Positions 1-11,367 of a stretch of 64,000 bases of DNA are shown piece after piece. The translations under genes and the position numbers were made by a program. The DNA comes from Candidatus Magasanikiibacteriota bacterium (GTDB lineage: Bacteria > Patescibacteriota > Patescibacteriia > Magasanikbacterales > GWA2-37-8), in contig CAWJAS010000001.1 of the NCBI GenBank assembly GCA_963840935.1, positions 128,875-192,874 of the forward strand. The letters run 5' to 3'. The first letter of the stretch is position 1; each line of letters begins with the position of its first letter. The notes below the pieces were generated by a model, which searched no databases, had not been told where the DNA came from, and worked only from the letters and a program-made list of their open reading frames with translations.

Positions 1-935
<935 letters not shown>

Positions 936-964
936 TAATTTCATCTTCAAATAATAAAAAAAAT

Positions 965-3900
965 ATGTATCGCGACACACAAAAAACTTTAAATTTTGAT
1001 GCCATTCGTTTAAAAATAGCTTCTCCCGAAGTTATTCGCGGGTGGTCGCACGGCGAAGTGCGCAAACCGGAAACAATTAATTATCGCACCCAAAAACCGG
1101 AAAAAGGCGGTTTGTTCGCCGAAGAAATTTTTGGTCCGACCAAGGATTGGGAGTGTTATTGTGGAAAATATAAAAAAATCCGCTACAAAGGAATTGTCTG
1201 CGATAAATGCGGAGTGGAAGTTACCACTTCTTTAGTCAGACGCGAGCGAATGGGTCATATTGAATTGGTTACGCCAGTGGCGCATATTTGGTTTTTACGT
1301 TCAGTTCCAAGCAAAGTCGGATTGGTTTTGGATTTGTCGGCGCAAGCTTTGGAAAAAGTTATTTATTTTGCTTCTTTTATTATTACCAATGTTGATGAAG
1401 TCGGTAAAAAGCAGACATTTGATTTGCTTAAACAAGAATTCAAAAGCAAAAAGAAGCAGATTGAGAATGAATATAATGTTGCCGTTAAAAAAGCCAACGA
1501 GGATAAAGCCGGCGCCAAAGCGATGGATGCCATTCGCGACGAGTACGAAAGAAAAACAAAAGCGCTGGAAGCTGATTTTCAAGCGGCGGAAAAAGAACTG
1601 CGTGAAATTAATGTTTTACATATTATTTCCGAAAATAAATATCAGGAGTTGTCTTTGCGCTATGGCCATTTATTTGAGGCAAAAATCGGAGCCGAATCTG
1701 TTTTTGAACTTTTATCAAGAGTTAATTTGGCAGAGACAATAAAAAAATTAAGTGAAGAACAATTGACGGTAAAAGGAGCCAAGCTCGAGCGAATAATCAG
1801 AAGAAAAAAATTATTAAAAAGTTTATTGATGAATGATATCAGACCGGAATGGATGGTTATGAAATGTATTCCGGTTATACCTCCGGATTTGCGACCAATG
1901 GTCGCGCTTGACGGTGGTCGGTTTGCTACCTCTGATTTGAATGATTTATATCGCCGTGTTATTAACCGCAACAATCGCTTGGCCAGATTAGTCGAATTAA
2001 ACGCGCCTGAAGTTATTTGCCGAAATGAAAAACGTATGTTGCAAGAAGCGGTTGATGCTTTGATTGATAACAACGCGCGCCACGCAAAAACAGTAACCGC
2101 CTCAACCGGTCAAAAGCGTCAATTGCGATCTTTGGCCGATATTTTGAAGGGGAAACAAGGCAGGTTCCGTCAGAATTTGCTCGGTAAAAGAGTTGATTAC
2201 TCCGGTCGTTCAGTTATCGTTATCGGACCGAATTTAAATATTGATGAATGCGGTTTGCCAAAAAGAATGGCTTTGGAATTGTTCAAGCCTTTTATTATGG
2301 CGCAAATTATCAAACGAGAATTGGCTCACAATGTTAGAAGTGCCGGCAGATTTATCGAATCGGAAAAAGATGAAGTTTGGGATATTTTGGAAGAATTAAC
2401 CAGAACCACCAGAGTATTGTTAAATCGCGCCCCGACCCTGCACCGTTTGGGTATTCAGGCTTTTCATCCGCGCTTGGTTGAAGGCAACGCCATTCAACTG
2501 CACCCGTTAGTGTGTACTGCTTTTAATGCCGACTTTGATGGTGACCAAATGGCTGTTCATTTACCGCTTTCCAAAGAAGCCAAGGCTGAGGCGGAAAATT
2601 TAATGGCCGCGGAAAAAAATATTTTGAAGCCTGCCACCGGTTCACCGGTAATTACGCCTAACCAGGATATCGTTCTTGGGTGTTTTTATCTTACTCGCAT
2701 CAATGAAAACAATGAGCAGAAGCGTAAGCATTTTTCCAATGAAAAAGAAGCGATGTTCGCCTATAAAAATAGAATTATCGGTTTGCAGGAATTAATAAAA
2801 GTCAGGTTTACGGATTTGACAAAATTCCCTAGCAACGAAGGTGAACTGATTGAAACAACAATCGGCAGAATGATTTTCAATTCCGTATTGCCGGATAAAA
2901 TGGCTTATTATAATGAAGTGGTTGGTAAGAAAAAATTAAGCAGTATTATCTCGTTATTTTTGGAATTCTATGGCCAAGAAAAAACCGCTTTATTTTTGGA
3001 TGAATTAAAAAATCTTGGGTTTAGATACGCCACCAAATCCGGTTATTCGTTGGGTATGGACGACTTCCCCAAGGTGGTTGAAAAAGACGCTATTATTAAA
3101 GAAGCGGAAAATACCATTCGTTTGGTTGAAGAACAATATCAGGAAGGTTTGCTCACTCAGGCCGAAAGACACGCTAAAATAATTGAAATTTGGACTGAAA
3201 CAAAAGATAAAGTTGTGGCCGGTAATCAATTTACATTAAGCAAAGATAGTTCGGTTTACGCCATGATTGAATCCGGTGCCAGAGGCTCTTGGGGGCAACT
3301 CGGCCAAGTTATAGGCATGAAAGGTCTCGTCGCTTCACCTTCGGGGGACATTATGGAATTGCCGGTTAAAGGCAACTTTAAAGAAGGGTTTAATTCGCTG
3401 GAATATTTTATTTCTTCACACGGCACCCGCAAAGGCTTGTCTGATACCGCTCTCCGAACATCGGGCGCCGGTTATCTGACCCGTCGTTTGGTGGACGTTT
3501 GCCAAGATGTGGTAGTGCTTGAAGAAGATTGTGGCGACACAATCGGAGAAATATTCACAGCCACGCAATCTCAAGAGATGGGTGAACAATTGGCCGACCG
3601 CATTTGGGGCAGATACGCCATGGAAAATATCAAAGTCGGCAACAAAATATTGGTTAAAGCAGGCGAAATTATTGACGATAAAGCCGCTCGTGAAATTGCC
3701 GCCAATAAGATTGAATCGGTTCATGTCCGTTCTGTTTTGCAATGCAAATTGCCGAAAGGAGTTTGTCAAAAGTGTTATGGTTTCGACCTGTCATACAATA
3801 AACCGGTTTCTCTCGGCACTGCTGTTGGTGTTATTGCCGCTCAATCAATCGGCGAGCCCGGCACCCAGCTTACTTTGAGAACTTTTCACACTGGTGGTGT

Positions 3901-4834
3901 GGCCGGTTCGGATATCACTCAAGGTTTGCCTCGAGTTGAAGAATTATTTGAATGTCGCAATCCCAAACACCAGGCGACTCTTGCTGATGTTGAAGGCACG
4001 ATTGAAATCGAAGACGCTGACGGAAAAATTATTACTTCGCCTTCAGGCAAAAAAATATTTGAAGGACGCCGTGGCCAAAAAATAATCAAAATTCTTTTCG
4101 AAGGCATGGATGAAACAAAAATTAAATTTACGGCTGAAGACGAATTGCTGGTGAAAGATGGCGAGATGATTGATACCGATGCCGTAATTTTGGTGCGCGG
4201 TTCATCCGGCGATGAAATCAAAGCCAAATACCCGAGCCAGATTAAAGTTGGCAAAAATACCGTGACGCTGTCATATAATGGCCCAAAAGTTCGTGAATAT
4301 ATTATTCCACTCGGGTATAAGTTGTATGTCAAAAACGGCCAGAAAGTGGAAAAAGGCGAGCAACTCACGGATGGTTCGGTAAATTTGCATGAATTATTTG
4401 AATTAAGAGGAAGACCCGCCGTACAAAGATATATTTTGGAAGAAGTCCAGAATATTTATTCTTCGCAAGGTCAGAAAGTAAACGACAAACACATGGAATT
4501 GATTATCAGGCAAATGTTCAGTCGTGTTTATGTGGAGGATGCGGGTGATACTGATTTATTGCCGGGTGAAGTGGTTGAAAAAGCGCAGTTGGAATTTTCT
4601 AATCGGCAGACTTTGAAAGATGGCGGTAAAGAATCAGCCGGTCGGGAATTATTGCTTGGTATTTCGCGCGTTTCCCTCTCCACGCAAAGCTTTTTGTCGG
4701 CAGCGTCGTTTCAAGAAACCGCCCGCGTGCTTATTAACACGGCTATAACCGGCAAGATTGATTACCTGGAAGGATTAAAAGAAAATGTAATTATCGGTCG
4801 CTTAATTCCATCGGGTACGGGTTTTCGAGGGTAA
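965..4834 (+). CDS. rpoC: DNA-directed RNA polymerase subunit beta-prime
   Basis: 1289 aa. Zinc-finger CYCGKYKKIRYKGIVCDKCG near the N-terminus. Catalytic NADFDGDQMAVHLPLS motif. Sits immediately downstream of rpoB. Confidence 0.97.
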   Translation: MYRDTQKTLNFDAIRLKIASPEVIRGWSHGEVRKPETINYRTQKPEKGGLFAEEIFGPTKDWECYCGKYKKIRYKGIVCDKCGVEVTTSLVRRERMGHIELVTPVAHIWFLRSVPSKVGLVLDLSAQALEKVIYFASFIITNVDEVGKKQTFDLLKQEFKSKKKQIENEYNVAVKKANEDKAGAKAMDAIRDEYERKTKALEADFQAAEKELREINVLHIISENKYQELSLRYGHLFEAKIGAESVFELLSRVNLAETIKKLSEEQLTVKGAKLERIIRRKKLLKSLLMNDIRPEWMVMKCIPVIPPDLRPMVALDGGRFATSDLNDLYRRVINRNNRLARLVELNAPEVICRNEKRMLQEAVDALIDNNARHAKTVTASTGQKRQLRSLADILKGKQGRFRQNLLGKRVDYSGRSVIVIGPNLNIDECGLPKRMALELFKPFIMAQIIKRELAHNVRSAGRFIESEKDEVWDILEELTRTTRVLLNRAPTLHRLGIQAFHPRLVEGNAIQLHPLVCTAFNADFDGDQMAVHLPLSKEAKAEAENLMAAEKNILKPATGSPVITPNQDIVLGCFYLTRINENNEQKRKHFSNEKEAMFAYKNRIIGLQELIKVRFTDLTKFPSNEGELIETTIGRMIFNSVLPDKMAYYNEVVGKKKLSSIISLFLEFYGQEKTALFLDELKNLGFRYATKSGYSLGMDDFPKVVEKDAIIKEAENTIRLVEEQYQEGLLTQAERHAKIIEIWTETKDKVVAGNQFTLSKDSSVYAMIESGARGSWGQLGQVIGMKGLVASPSGDIMELPVKGNFKEGFNSLEYFISSHGTRKGLSDTALRTSGAGYLTRRLVDVCQDVVVLEEDCGDTIGEIFTATQSQEMGEQLADRIWGRYAMENIKVGNKILVKAGEIIDDKAAREIAANKIESVHVRSVLQCKLPKGVCQKCYGFDLSYNKPVSLGTAVGVIAAQSIGEPGTQLTLRTFHTGGVAGSDITQGLPRVEELFECRNPKHQATLADVEGTIEIEDADGKIITSPSGKKIFEGRRGQKIIKILFEGMDETKIKFTAEDELLVKDGEMIDTDAVILVRGSSGDEIKAKYPSQIKVGKNTVTLSYNGPKVREYIIPLGYKLYVKNGQKVEKGEQLTDGSVNLHELFELRGRPAVQRYILEEVQNIYSSQGQKVNDKHMELIIRQMFSRVYVEDAGDTDLLPGEVVEKAQLEFSNRQTLKDGGKESAGRELLLGISRVSLSTQSFLSAASFQETARVLINTAITGKIDYLEGLKENVIIGRLIPSGTGFRG

Positions 4835-4848
4835 AAAATATTTAATAA

Positions 4849-4880
4849 AAAAATCCCCCTTTTTCGGGGATTTTTTTGTT
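4849..4880 (+). terminator. Rho-independent terminator after rpoC
   Basis: AAATCCCCctttttcGGGGATTT stem-loop followed by a T-run. Confidence 0.7.
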
Positions 4881-4952
4881 TAGCTTGATTGAGAATAGTA
4901 TTTATTATAAGATAAAAGCTGGGATTGCTTTTTTGTTCTAGTGTTTTAATGT

Positions 4953-5095
4953 TTTTGCCTATGTCCGGTCATTCTAAATGGCACCCCAGTCATCAAAACC
5001 TTCGGTTTTGAGACGGGGCGAGACTCAGACATTAATTATTATTCCAATATATCCACTACATTCATTTGCCTATGTCCGGTCATTCTAAATGGCAC
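4953..5095. repeat. Two direct copies of a 31-bp sequence (TTTGCCTATGTCCGGTCATTCTAAATGGCAC) around an ~80-bp insert; the second copy is the true start of the yebC-family gene
   Basis: Copies at ~4955-4985 and ~5062-5095, identical by eye. Confidence 0.8.
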
Positions 5096-5797
5096 AATAT
5101 ACAAGCGAGGAAAGGAAAACAAGATGCTTTAAAAAGCAACGTTTTTTCAAAGCTTTCCAAAGTAATATCTGTTTCCGCTCGCGGGGGTAGTGACCCGGTT
5201 ATGAATTTTTCATTGCGTTTGGCCATAGAAAAAGCCAAATCAGCCGGCATGCCCAAAGACAATATTGATCGCGCGATAAAAAAAGGTGCCGGAGAAACCG
5301 GAGGCGCGCAGATGGAAGAAGTATTATATGAGGCTTATGGACCGGGTGGTGTTGCCATTATTGTCAAAGGAATTACCGATAACAAGAATCGAACTTTACA
5401 GGAAGTAAAACATATATTATCCAAAAATGGTGGTTCGCTTGGAAATGCCGGGGCGGTTCTTTGGATGTTTGAACAATTTGGTTTTACAACTGTTACTTCT
5501 GATACAATAGAAAAAATCGGCCGAGATGAATTAGAGTTGGCGTTGATTGATGCCGGTGCCGAAGATATTAAGAACGGCGATGAAAATATGGTTGAAATAA
5601 AAACAAAAGTTGAAAATTTCAAAAAAATAATGGATAAGCTAAAGGAATTAGAAATCGAGCCAAGAGAGTCCGGACTTATTTGGGAAGCTAAAGATAAGAT
5701 AGATGTGTCGGAAGATGTGCGGATGAAGCTTGAAAATATATTTTCGGAATTTGAATCCAATGACGATATTGATGATTGGTACACTAACGCTGAATAA
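5066..5797 (+). CDS. YebC/PmpR family DNA-binding transcriptional regulator
   Basis: N-terminus MSGHSKWHNIQARKGKQDALKSNVFSKLSK...NIDRAIKKG is the hallmark of the YebC/DUF28 family. Confidence 0.9.
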   Translation: MPMSGHSKWHNIQARKGKQDALKSNVFSKLSKVISVSARGGSDPVMNFSLRLAIEKAKSAGMPKDNIDRAIKKGAGETGGAQMEEVLYEAYGPGGVAIIVKGITDNKNRTLQEVKHILSKNGGSLGNAGAVLWMFEQFGFTTVTSDTIEKIGRDELELALIDAGAEDIKNGDENMVEIKTKVENFKKIMDKLKELEIEPRESGLIWEAKDKIDVSEDVRMKLENIFSEFESNDDIDDWYTNAE

Positions 5798-5798
5798 T

Positions 5799-6299
5799 AT
5801 GAATGGAGAAATAATTATTGGTATCGACCCGGGTTATGGCAGAATTGGCTATGGTGTTATTGAAAAATTGAAAGGAAGGGAGTGGAGAGCGCTTGATTAC
5901 GGTTGTATTGAGACACCGGTTAATGGAGTTTTCATTGATCGAATTGCCGAACTTCATAAAAAATTATTAAAATTAATAAAAACGTACAAGCCCACGAGAA
6001 TGGCGGTTGAGGATTTGTTTTTTTTCAAAAATGCAAAAACCGCAATAAAAGTAGGGCAGGCAAGGGGAGTGATTCTTCTTACGGCGGTTGAAAATAATTT
6101 AGCGGTTGATGAATTTACCCCGCTTCAGGTGAAGCAAGCGATAACCGGCTATGGCAAGGCGGAAAAAGCGCAAATGCAAAAAATGGTTGCCACTATATTA
6201 GGGGTAAAAGAAAAAATAAAATCAGATGACGCGGCAGACGCGCTGGCCGTGGCCTTATGCGCCGGCCAAAGTCTTTGGAAGAAGAAATTAAAAGAATAA
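5799..6299 (+). CDS. ruvC: Crossover junction endodeoxyribonuclease RuvC
   Basis: IIGIDPGYGRIGYGVIE, MAVEDLFF, ADALAVALC. ATG at 5799 is in frame with the ORF-track ORF that starts at 5730, and lies right after the yebC stop. Follows yebC as in many bacteria. Confidence 0.9.
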   Translation: MNGEIIIGIDPGYGRIGYGVIEKLKGREWRALDYGCIETPVNGVFIDRIAELHKKLLKLIKTYKPTRMAVEDLFFFKNAKTAIKVGQARGVILLTAVENNLAVDEFTPLQVKQAITGYGKAEKAQMQKMVATILGVKEKIKSDDAADALAVALCAGQSLWKKKLKE

Positions 6300-6337
6300 T
6301 GGTTAAAAATTATAGTTTTGGTGTATAATTATTAAAT

Positions 6338-7177
6338 ATGGCCATCACGCACGAGCGAAAAGTCGAAAAATTTTATTCTCATGGTTCAAAAAGACGGTCG
6401 CAAATAGCCGGTGGTTTTTTATCGTTCGGTTATTGGGATAACGATACAAAAGATTATTATGAAGCAGCCGAAAAATTGGTAGATTTTTTTCTTTCCGAAG
6501 CTAACATAGATAATCCTGAAAATATTTTGAATGTTGCTTGCGGTTATAGCGCAGAATCATTTAGATTTTTTGAAACAATTAAGCCAAAGCAGATGCGCTG
6601 TATTGATATAACACAAGCGCACATCGATTATGCAAAAAATATTGCCAAAGAAAAAAATCTCGAAGATAGGCTCATATTTGAAAAAAAAGATGCCTGCCGG
6701 ACGGGTTATCCCGATAATTTTTTTAGCCATATTTTGGGAATTGAGGGACCGGCCCATTTTCGAACCAGAAAAGATTTTTTTCGTGAATGTTATCGTTTAC
6801 TGAAAGAAAAAGGCAAATTAATGATTACTGATATTATTTTTGACCCGACCGCCTCAAAAAAGAATTTTATATTGAATAAATTAACCGAATTGGGGTCGCA
6901 GAGATGGCACATGCCGAAAGAGAATTGGGCAAATATAGAAGGCTATTGCGAGCAACTTCGCGAGGCCGGGTTTAAGGTGGAAAAAGTATTAAAAATTGGC
7001 GATAAAGTTTTTCCGGCTTTTGCCAGATATAATACCCGAATTAAGTCAATTGTTCGCGGTGTTAAAACCAGAGGTTTTTTTATTGGGATAGGGCTTTCAT
7101 TCATTTCTTGGCTTTTGGGCTTTGGCTACAGGCATGGAGTGATTGACTATGTTTTTATAAAAGCCGAAAAAATTTAA
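6338..7177 (+). CDS. Class I SAM-dependent methyltransferase-like protein with C-terminal hydrophobic segment
   Basis: Motif-I-like ILNVACGYSAESF. Overall methyltransferase-fold spacing. Weak. Confidence 0.45.
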   Translation: MAITHERKVEKFYSHGSKRRSQIAGGFLSFGYWDNDTKDYYEAAEKLVDFFLSEANIDNPENILNVACGYSAESFRFFETIKPKQMRCIDITQAHIDYAKNIAKEKNLEDRLIFEKKDACRTGYPDNFFSHILGIEGPAHFRTRKDFFRECYRLLKEKGKLMITDIIFDPTASKKNFILNKLTELGSQRWHMPKENWANIEGYCEQLREAGFKVEKVLKIGDKVFPAFARYNTRIKSIVRGVKTRGFFIGIGLSFISWLLGFGYRHGVIDYVFIKAEKI

Positions 7178-7232
7178 TTTTACAATAAAAAACCGCCCGA
7201 ATATTTTCGAGCGGTTTTTATATTTTTTATTT

Positions 7233-7808
7233 TTAGTAATTTTCCGTCCAAACTTCAAAGTAAGCTTGAGGATGAAGGCATGACGGGCATTTTTCTAACG
7301 CTTTGTCTCCCTCATGCAAATAACCGCAATTTCGGCATTTCCAAATTATTTTATTATCTTTTACAAATACTTTTCCGCTTTCCAAATTTTCGTAAAGTTT
7401 CAAATAACGGGCCTCATGAGCTTTTTCAACCTTGGCGATATTTGTAAAAGCGTCGGCCACTTCTTTAAATCCTTCTTCTTCGGCAATTTTTGCGAATTCA
7501 GGATAAAGTTTTGTCCATTCTTCGTTTTCTCCTTCTGCCGCGGCTTTCAGGTTTTCCATGGTGGTGCCGATTTTACCGGCTGGGTACATGGCGGTAATTT
7601 CTACCATACCTCCCTCCAAAAATTTAAAAAATCTTTTGGCGTGCTCCTTTTCATTAAGAGCGGTTTCAGTGAATATGGCGCTCATTTGCTCAAGACCTTC
7701 TTTTTTTGCGACGCTGGCAAAGTAATCATAGCGCATTCTCGCCTGCGATTCGCCGGCAAAAGCTTTCAACAAGTTTTGCTCGGTTTTGGTGCCTTTTAGT
7801 GTAGCCAT
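7233..7808 (-). CDS. Rubrerythrin (ferritin-like diiron domain plus C-terminal rubredoxin-like CxxC...CxxC)
   Basis: [22 protein letters not shown]...[17 protein letters not shown]-terminal [20 protein letters not shown]. Confidence 0.9.
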   Translation of the reverse strand: MATLKGTKTEQNLLKAFAGESQARMRYDYFASVAKKEGLEQMSAIFTETALNEKEHAKRFFKFLEGGMVEITAMYPAGKIGTTMENLKAAAEGENEEWTKLYPEFAKIAEEEGFKEVADAFTNIAKVEKAHEARYLKLYENLESGKVFVKDNKIIWKCRNCGYLHEGDKALEKCPSCLHPQAYFEVWTENY

Positions 7809-7818
7809 AAAAAATTAA

Positions 7819-8307
7819 TTATTTAATATTATCTATTTTGTTTGTTTTGATAAAAGAAAACCAGTCTTTTCTGTCGATGAAAACTTCTCCAAGTATGGCG
7901 AATGGCAGAGTGACTAAAGTGACGATTAAAACCGTATTTATAGTAAAAATTTCGCCGGTAAGAATACTGATGGCAATTAAGTCTTCAACTACGCCCATTA
8001 CCATCCCAAAAATCATAAATTCCAAAAAAATTTCAAGATGCTTAATATATTTATTTTTACTAATTTTTGGAAGTAGATGTGTCCGATCGACAATTATTTC
8101 CCCGATTATTGCGAAAGGAATGGCAACTAAAATGGCGACGTAAACGGCTCGGGCATTGATGGTATAATCGGTCGCATAATAAATGGCGATCAAATCTTCA
8201 ATTACGCTTATAGCAATGCCAAAAATTAAGAAACCCAAAAAAATTTTTAATGATTTTTTGAGCGCCATTTTTAATTTAACCCTTTTAATTTTCAAAAAAA
8301 TACACAC
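7819..8307 (-). CDS. Small membrane protein made of two tandem homologous 2-TM halves
   Basis: First half IFLGFLIFGIAISVIEDLIAIYYATDYTINA...PFAIIGEIIVDR. Second half IFLEFMIFGMVMGVVEDLIAISILTGEIFTINT...PFAILGEVFIDR. Confidence 0.5.
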   Translation of the reverse strand: MCIFLKIKRVKLKMALKKSLKIFLGFLIFGIAISVIEDLIAIYYATDYTINARAVYVAILVAIPFAIIGEIIVDRTHLLPKISKNKYIKHLEIFLEFMIFGMVMGVVEDLIAISILTGEIFTINTVLIVTLVTLPFAILGEVFIDRKDWFSFIKTNKIDNIK

Positions 8308-8377
8308 AAATTCAAAGATTTATTTATTATTTAGTTCTTTAATATTATCAAAAAATACGGGTTTTGGCCAGTATTAC

Positions 8378-9523
8378 TTATTTTTTAATATATATTCTCC
8401 CATCTCCTTTATCTACGGTAAATGAATGGTGTTTGAGTCCGGTTGTGATGTCTTCCATTTCTTCTTCAAAATTCACAATGACGTTCGCATAAGGAGCGCT
8501 CACAACAATGCCTTTTTCGAATTCTCTAAAATAAGCATTGTTTTTTTGATAATATTTGCCTTTGGGGTCGCCCAAGTCGGCGTCATATTCCGGGAACCAC
8601 CATGCCTGCCCATGGTCGCGGGGTCCAAAATCATAAGTAAAATAAGTATTATCGTTAAGCAGACTCAAAGTCAAACCAAGCCTCATTTTCTTTAGATCTT
8701 TTTGGCCGGTGTCGTCGGTGTCAACGGCATAAATAATAAAATGACTGTCGTCAGATGCTTTTAAACCGTCATCAAAATTTGCTTTTAATTGATTACCCAA
8801 TAAATTTTCCATCAAATAACCGTCAAAATATTCTTTGAACTCATCAATGTCATAAATATCTTTGCCGGCGTTGAAAACAACTAATTTATTATTGGTATTG
8901 AGCTGTTTTATTTTTGCAAAAATATTTTTTGTCGTGTCTAGCCATTCGTCATTACTGATTGATTCGGGACACCACCATTGTTTTTCCGTAATCATATCGA
9001 CAATAATTCCATCGTGTTGCGGTTGTTTTAGAACGTTGTCGTAGAATGAAACTATAAGCTCAGTCCATTTTTTATTTCTTAAGTCCATCGCATAAATTTC
9101 TTCATGCCCCCATTTGTCAGAAGCCCATCCAAACGCGCATCGTTCACCGTTAGGCTTGTGTAAATACATGTCTTCCGTTATTTCAATTGGTTTTTTTTTA
9201 TCATAATTTGCAACAGTCGTAAGAAATGACATCCAATCTTTATTATCCCATGTCCAATTTACAGATAATCCGGCCAAAAGTTTAGCTTCAGGATTGGTTG
9301 TTTTAATTTCATCCGCCTCTTCTTGCGTGAACCATCCGGACATAACAAGCGAATATGGTTTTTTGCTCGATATTATTTCCTCTTTTTTTGCTAACCAACT
9401 GGCAATTTTGGGGAAGTCAGCTTTTTTTGCCTCTGGCGATTGAGTTTGTTCTTGTTCGCATCCACATAAAAAAAATACTCCAATAATCGTCCATGTTAAA
9501 AATATTTTTTTTATTTTGGTCAT
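8378..9523 (-). CDS. Putative lipoprotein, unknown function
   Basis: Signal peptide with lipobox-like FLCGC. Trp/Asp-rich body. No confident family call. Confidence 0.5.
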   Translation of the reverse strand: MTKIKKIFLTWTIIGVFFLCGCEQEQTQSPEAKKADFPKIASWLAKKEEIISSKKPYSLVMSGWFTQEEADEIKTTNPEAKLLAGLSVNWTWDNKDWMSFLTTVANYDKKKPIEITEDMYLHKPNGERCAFGWASDKWGHEEIYAMDLRNKKWTELIVSFYDNVLKQPQHDGIIVDMITEKQWWCPESISNDEWLDTTKNIFAKIKQLNTNNKLVVFNAGKDIYDIDEFKEYFDGYLMENLLGNQLKANFDDGLKASDDSHFIIYAVDTDDTGQKDLKKMRLGLTLSLLNDNTYFTYDFGPRDHGQAWWFPEYDADLGDPKGKYYQKNNAYFREFEKGIVVSAPYANVIVNFEEEMEDITTGLKHHSFTVDKGDGRIYIKK

Positions 9524-9598
9524 AAATTTAGTGGGAGTTTGCGCGCCGGAATGGCAGACCTGTCGCGAAAATATTTAAATTTCTAATTTTTTTGCTGG

Positions 9599-10069
9599 TT
9601 ATATTTTTTCGGGTTTGGTAAGCACATATTTTTCTTTTTGGTAATCGTTTTCGTATCTTGCATTACTTACTTTTTGTATGCCGGGTATTTTTTTAACGGC
9701 TTTAAGTGAGGGTGTATTATCTAAATTGATTGTGAATATGACAGATGGCAAATTCAGGGTATCTATTATGGCGTGGGTACATTTAGCCGAGAGCCCTTGC
9801 CCTCTGTATTCCGGTCTGATGACATAGTGAATGATATTTTTATCATCCTCGGTATCATAGACGCCGACAATTCCAATTTTTTCCCCATCTTCTGCGCATG
9901 CCGTAAAATAGCGTTGATTCGTGCAGTTTTCTTGCCCGAGTGCTATCCAGCCGCCTTCTCCTTCCAGCGATTTGAAATAATCCATATCAAAGTCATCCAG
10001 CTTGATATTGTCGATTTTATTTGCTGTTTCTCGTCGTATTCCATGATTGTGCCTATGTGTTTCAGACAT
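9599..10069 (-). CDS. GNAT family N-acetyltransferase (cassette-borne)
   Basis: VIRPEYRGQGLSAKCTHAIIDTL acetyl-CoA binding-like segment. Confidence 0.6.
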   Translation of the reverse strand: MSETHRHNHGIRRETANKIDNIKLDDFDMDYFKSLEGEGGWIALGQENCTNQRYFTACAEDGEKIGIVGVYDTEDDKNIIHYVIRPEYRGQGLSAKCTHAIIDTLNLPSVIFTINLDNTPSLKAVKKIPGIQKVSNARYENDYQKEKYVLTKPEKI

Positions 10070-10152
10070 AGTCTTTATAAAAATAAATTATCAAAATTTT
10101 ATTACAAGTAAATTCTATATAATGTTGCCGAATGTTATGGAACGAGGTTGGA

Positions 10153-10401
10153 TTATCTGTCATTTATCCTTTTTTTATATTTAAGATATCTTACAGTACC
10201 ATAAATAAATAATACAATTCCAAAAAGTATTGAGACCAAAGCCAATATGATGGAATATATTGCGGGAACAAACTTGATTAGAAATGCTCCTAAAACTAAT
10301 AATGCGAGTGCGGTTCTCCAATATGCCAAAAGCGTTCTCTCATTTGCCAGATGAGTTCTGTCTTGTGCCAAATAATCCCTTCGCGTATATTGTTCTTTCA
10401 T
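10153..10401 (-). CDS. DUF202/YidH-family small membrane protein
   Basis: RDYLAQDRTHLANERTLLAYWRTALALLVLGAF is the DUF202 signature. Two TM segments. Confidence 0.6.
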   Translation of the reverse strand: MKEQYTRRDYLAQDRTHLANERTLLAYWRTALALLVLGAFLIKFVPAIYSIILALVSILFGIVLFIYGTVRYLKYKKRINDR

Positions 10402-10465
10402 GTTTTTACTTTTTATTTTGTTAGTTAAATAATAATCGTCTATTAAATCCGGGCAATATTATCCA

Positions 10466-10552
10466 CAATGGGCGCGCTTATCCAATCGTTTCGCCCGGGC
10501 ACGAACTTTATGCTCGGGCGGGATGTTGGATAATCGTTGTTCGGCGATGTCG
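10466..10552. repeat. attC-like imperfect palindromic cassette-boundary repeat, family member 1
   Basis: acaATGGGCGCGCTTATCCAATCGTTTCGCCCGGGCACGAACTTTATGCTCGGGCGGGATGTTGGATAATCGTTGTTCGGCGATGT. Shares ends and GC-rich inner hairpin with copies at 15284-15348, 15790-15880 and 11649-11762. Confidence 0.7.
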
Positions 10553-10762
10553 TCGAATGTATCTGTATATTCGAATTTTTTTGCTTCTCTTTCATATTAT
10601 ATCAATAAAGAGTAAAGAAGCAAAAAATTGGGTGGAGTAAGCGAATGTATTGTTCTTCAGGCGTTAGCCTGCCGGCGATTTAGCCAGCAAAAAAGTGCTT
10701 TTGGGGAATTGGGGAAGCCATATTTCTGGCTTCCCCGTGTTGTGAATTGGATCATAGATTTG

Positions 10763-10945
10763 TTACTCCTCCTTTTTTTTCTTTTGCTCTAATTCCGGAA
10801 TGAGCGAAACATTTGCGTTTATGCCACAGAAAGGGCAACCATCTTCGTTTGGAGAAAATGTACGTCCACAACAATGACACATATGGCTGTCTGGTGTGAT
10901 AGCTTCGGTCGCTATCATATTTAACAATTGTTTAATCGCATGCAT
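10763..10945 (-). CDS. Small zinc-ribbon protein
   Basis: CHCCGRTFSPNEDGCPFCG. The CCGTGTTGTGaattgg core motif (10735-10750) immediately precedes its stop, as for other cassette genes. Confidence 0.4.
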   Translation of the reverse strand: MHAIKQLLNMIATEAITPDSHMCHCCGRTFSPNEDGCPFCGINANVSLIPELEQKKKKEE

Positions 10946-11240
10946 ACCAATCCTCCTTTTTTGATTTCATGAATCCAATTCCCTAAAAGTATTTTTTTAA
11001 AGAGCAATGTTTTTGATAGTGTATCCCGGCATGCAAAGTTCGCTTTGTAGATTTATTGACTATTGTTTGGACACCCGAATACTATTTTAGCTGGTTTTCG
11101 TTAAAATTGACACTTAATTAAGAAAAGCGAGTTTAGGGAAAAGGCGAGCCGAGCCTTTTCCCGGATATTAGGCGTTATGCGAAGGTGGGCGCACCGTCCT
11201 CGTTGCGTTTTCTCTCATCTTATTTTTTGCGGTCGTGGAC

Positions 11241-11269
11241 TTGACAGAATAGCTGTTATCCACTATATT
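11241..11269 (+). promoter_or_regulatory. Near-consensus sigma70-type promoter: TTGACA, 17 bp spacer, TATATT
   Basis: ttgacagaatagctgttatccactatatt. Followed by RBS AAAGGAGG and ATG at 11368. Confidence 0.6.
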
Positions 11270-11367
11270 AAAATGTCAATAGTTGAGAAATCATCTTTAA
11301 ACAAAAAGAGTGATTTCTCGTTATCGCGAGGATCCGCTCTTTAACAAAACCCAAAGGAGGCGTAAAA

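Noticed and set aside
1260-4368. Several 60-160 aa ORFs on both strands inside rpoC (1260-1742, 1301-1582, 1660-2073, 3416-3769, 3919-4368 and others).
   Set aside because: They lie entirely within the confidently identified rpoC reading frame. They are alternative-frame artefacts.
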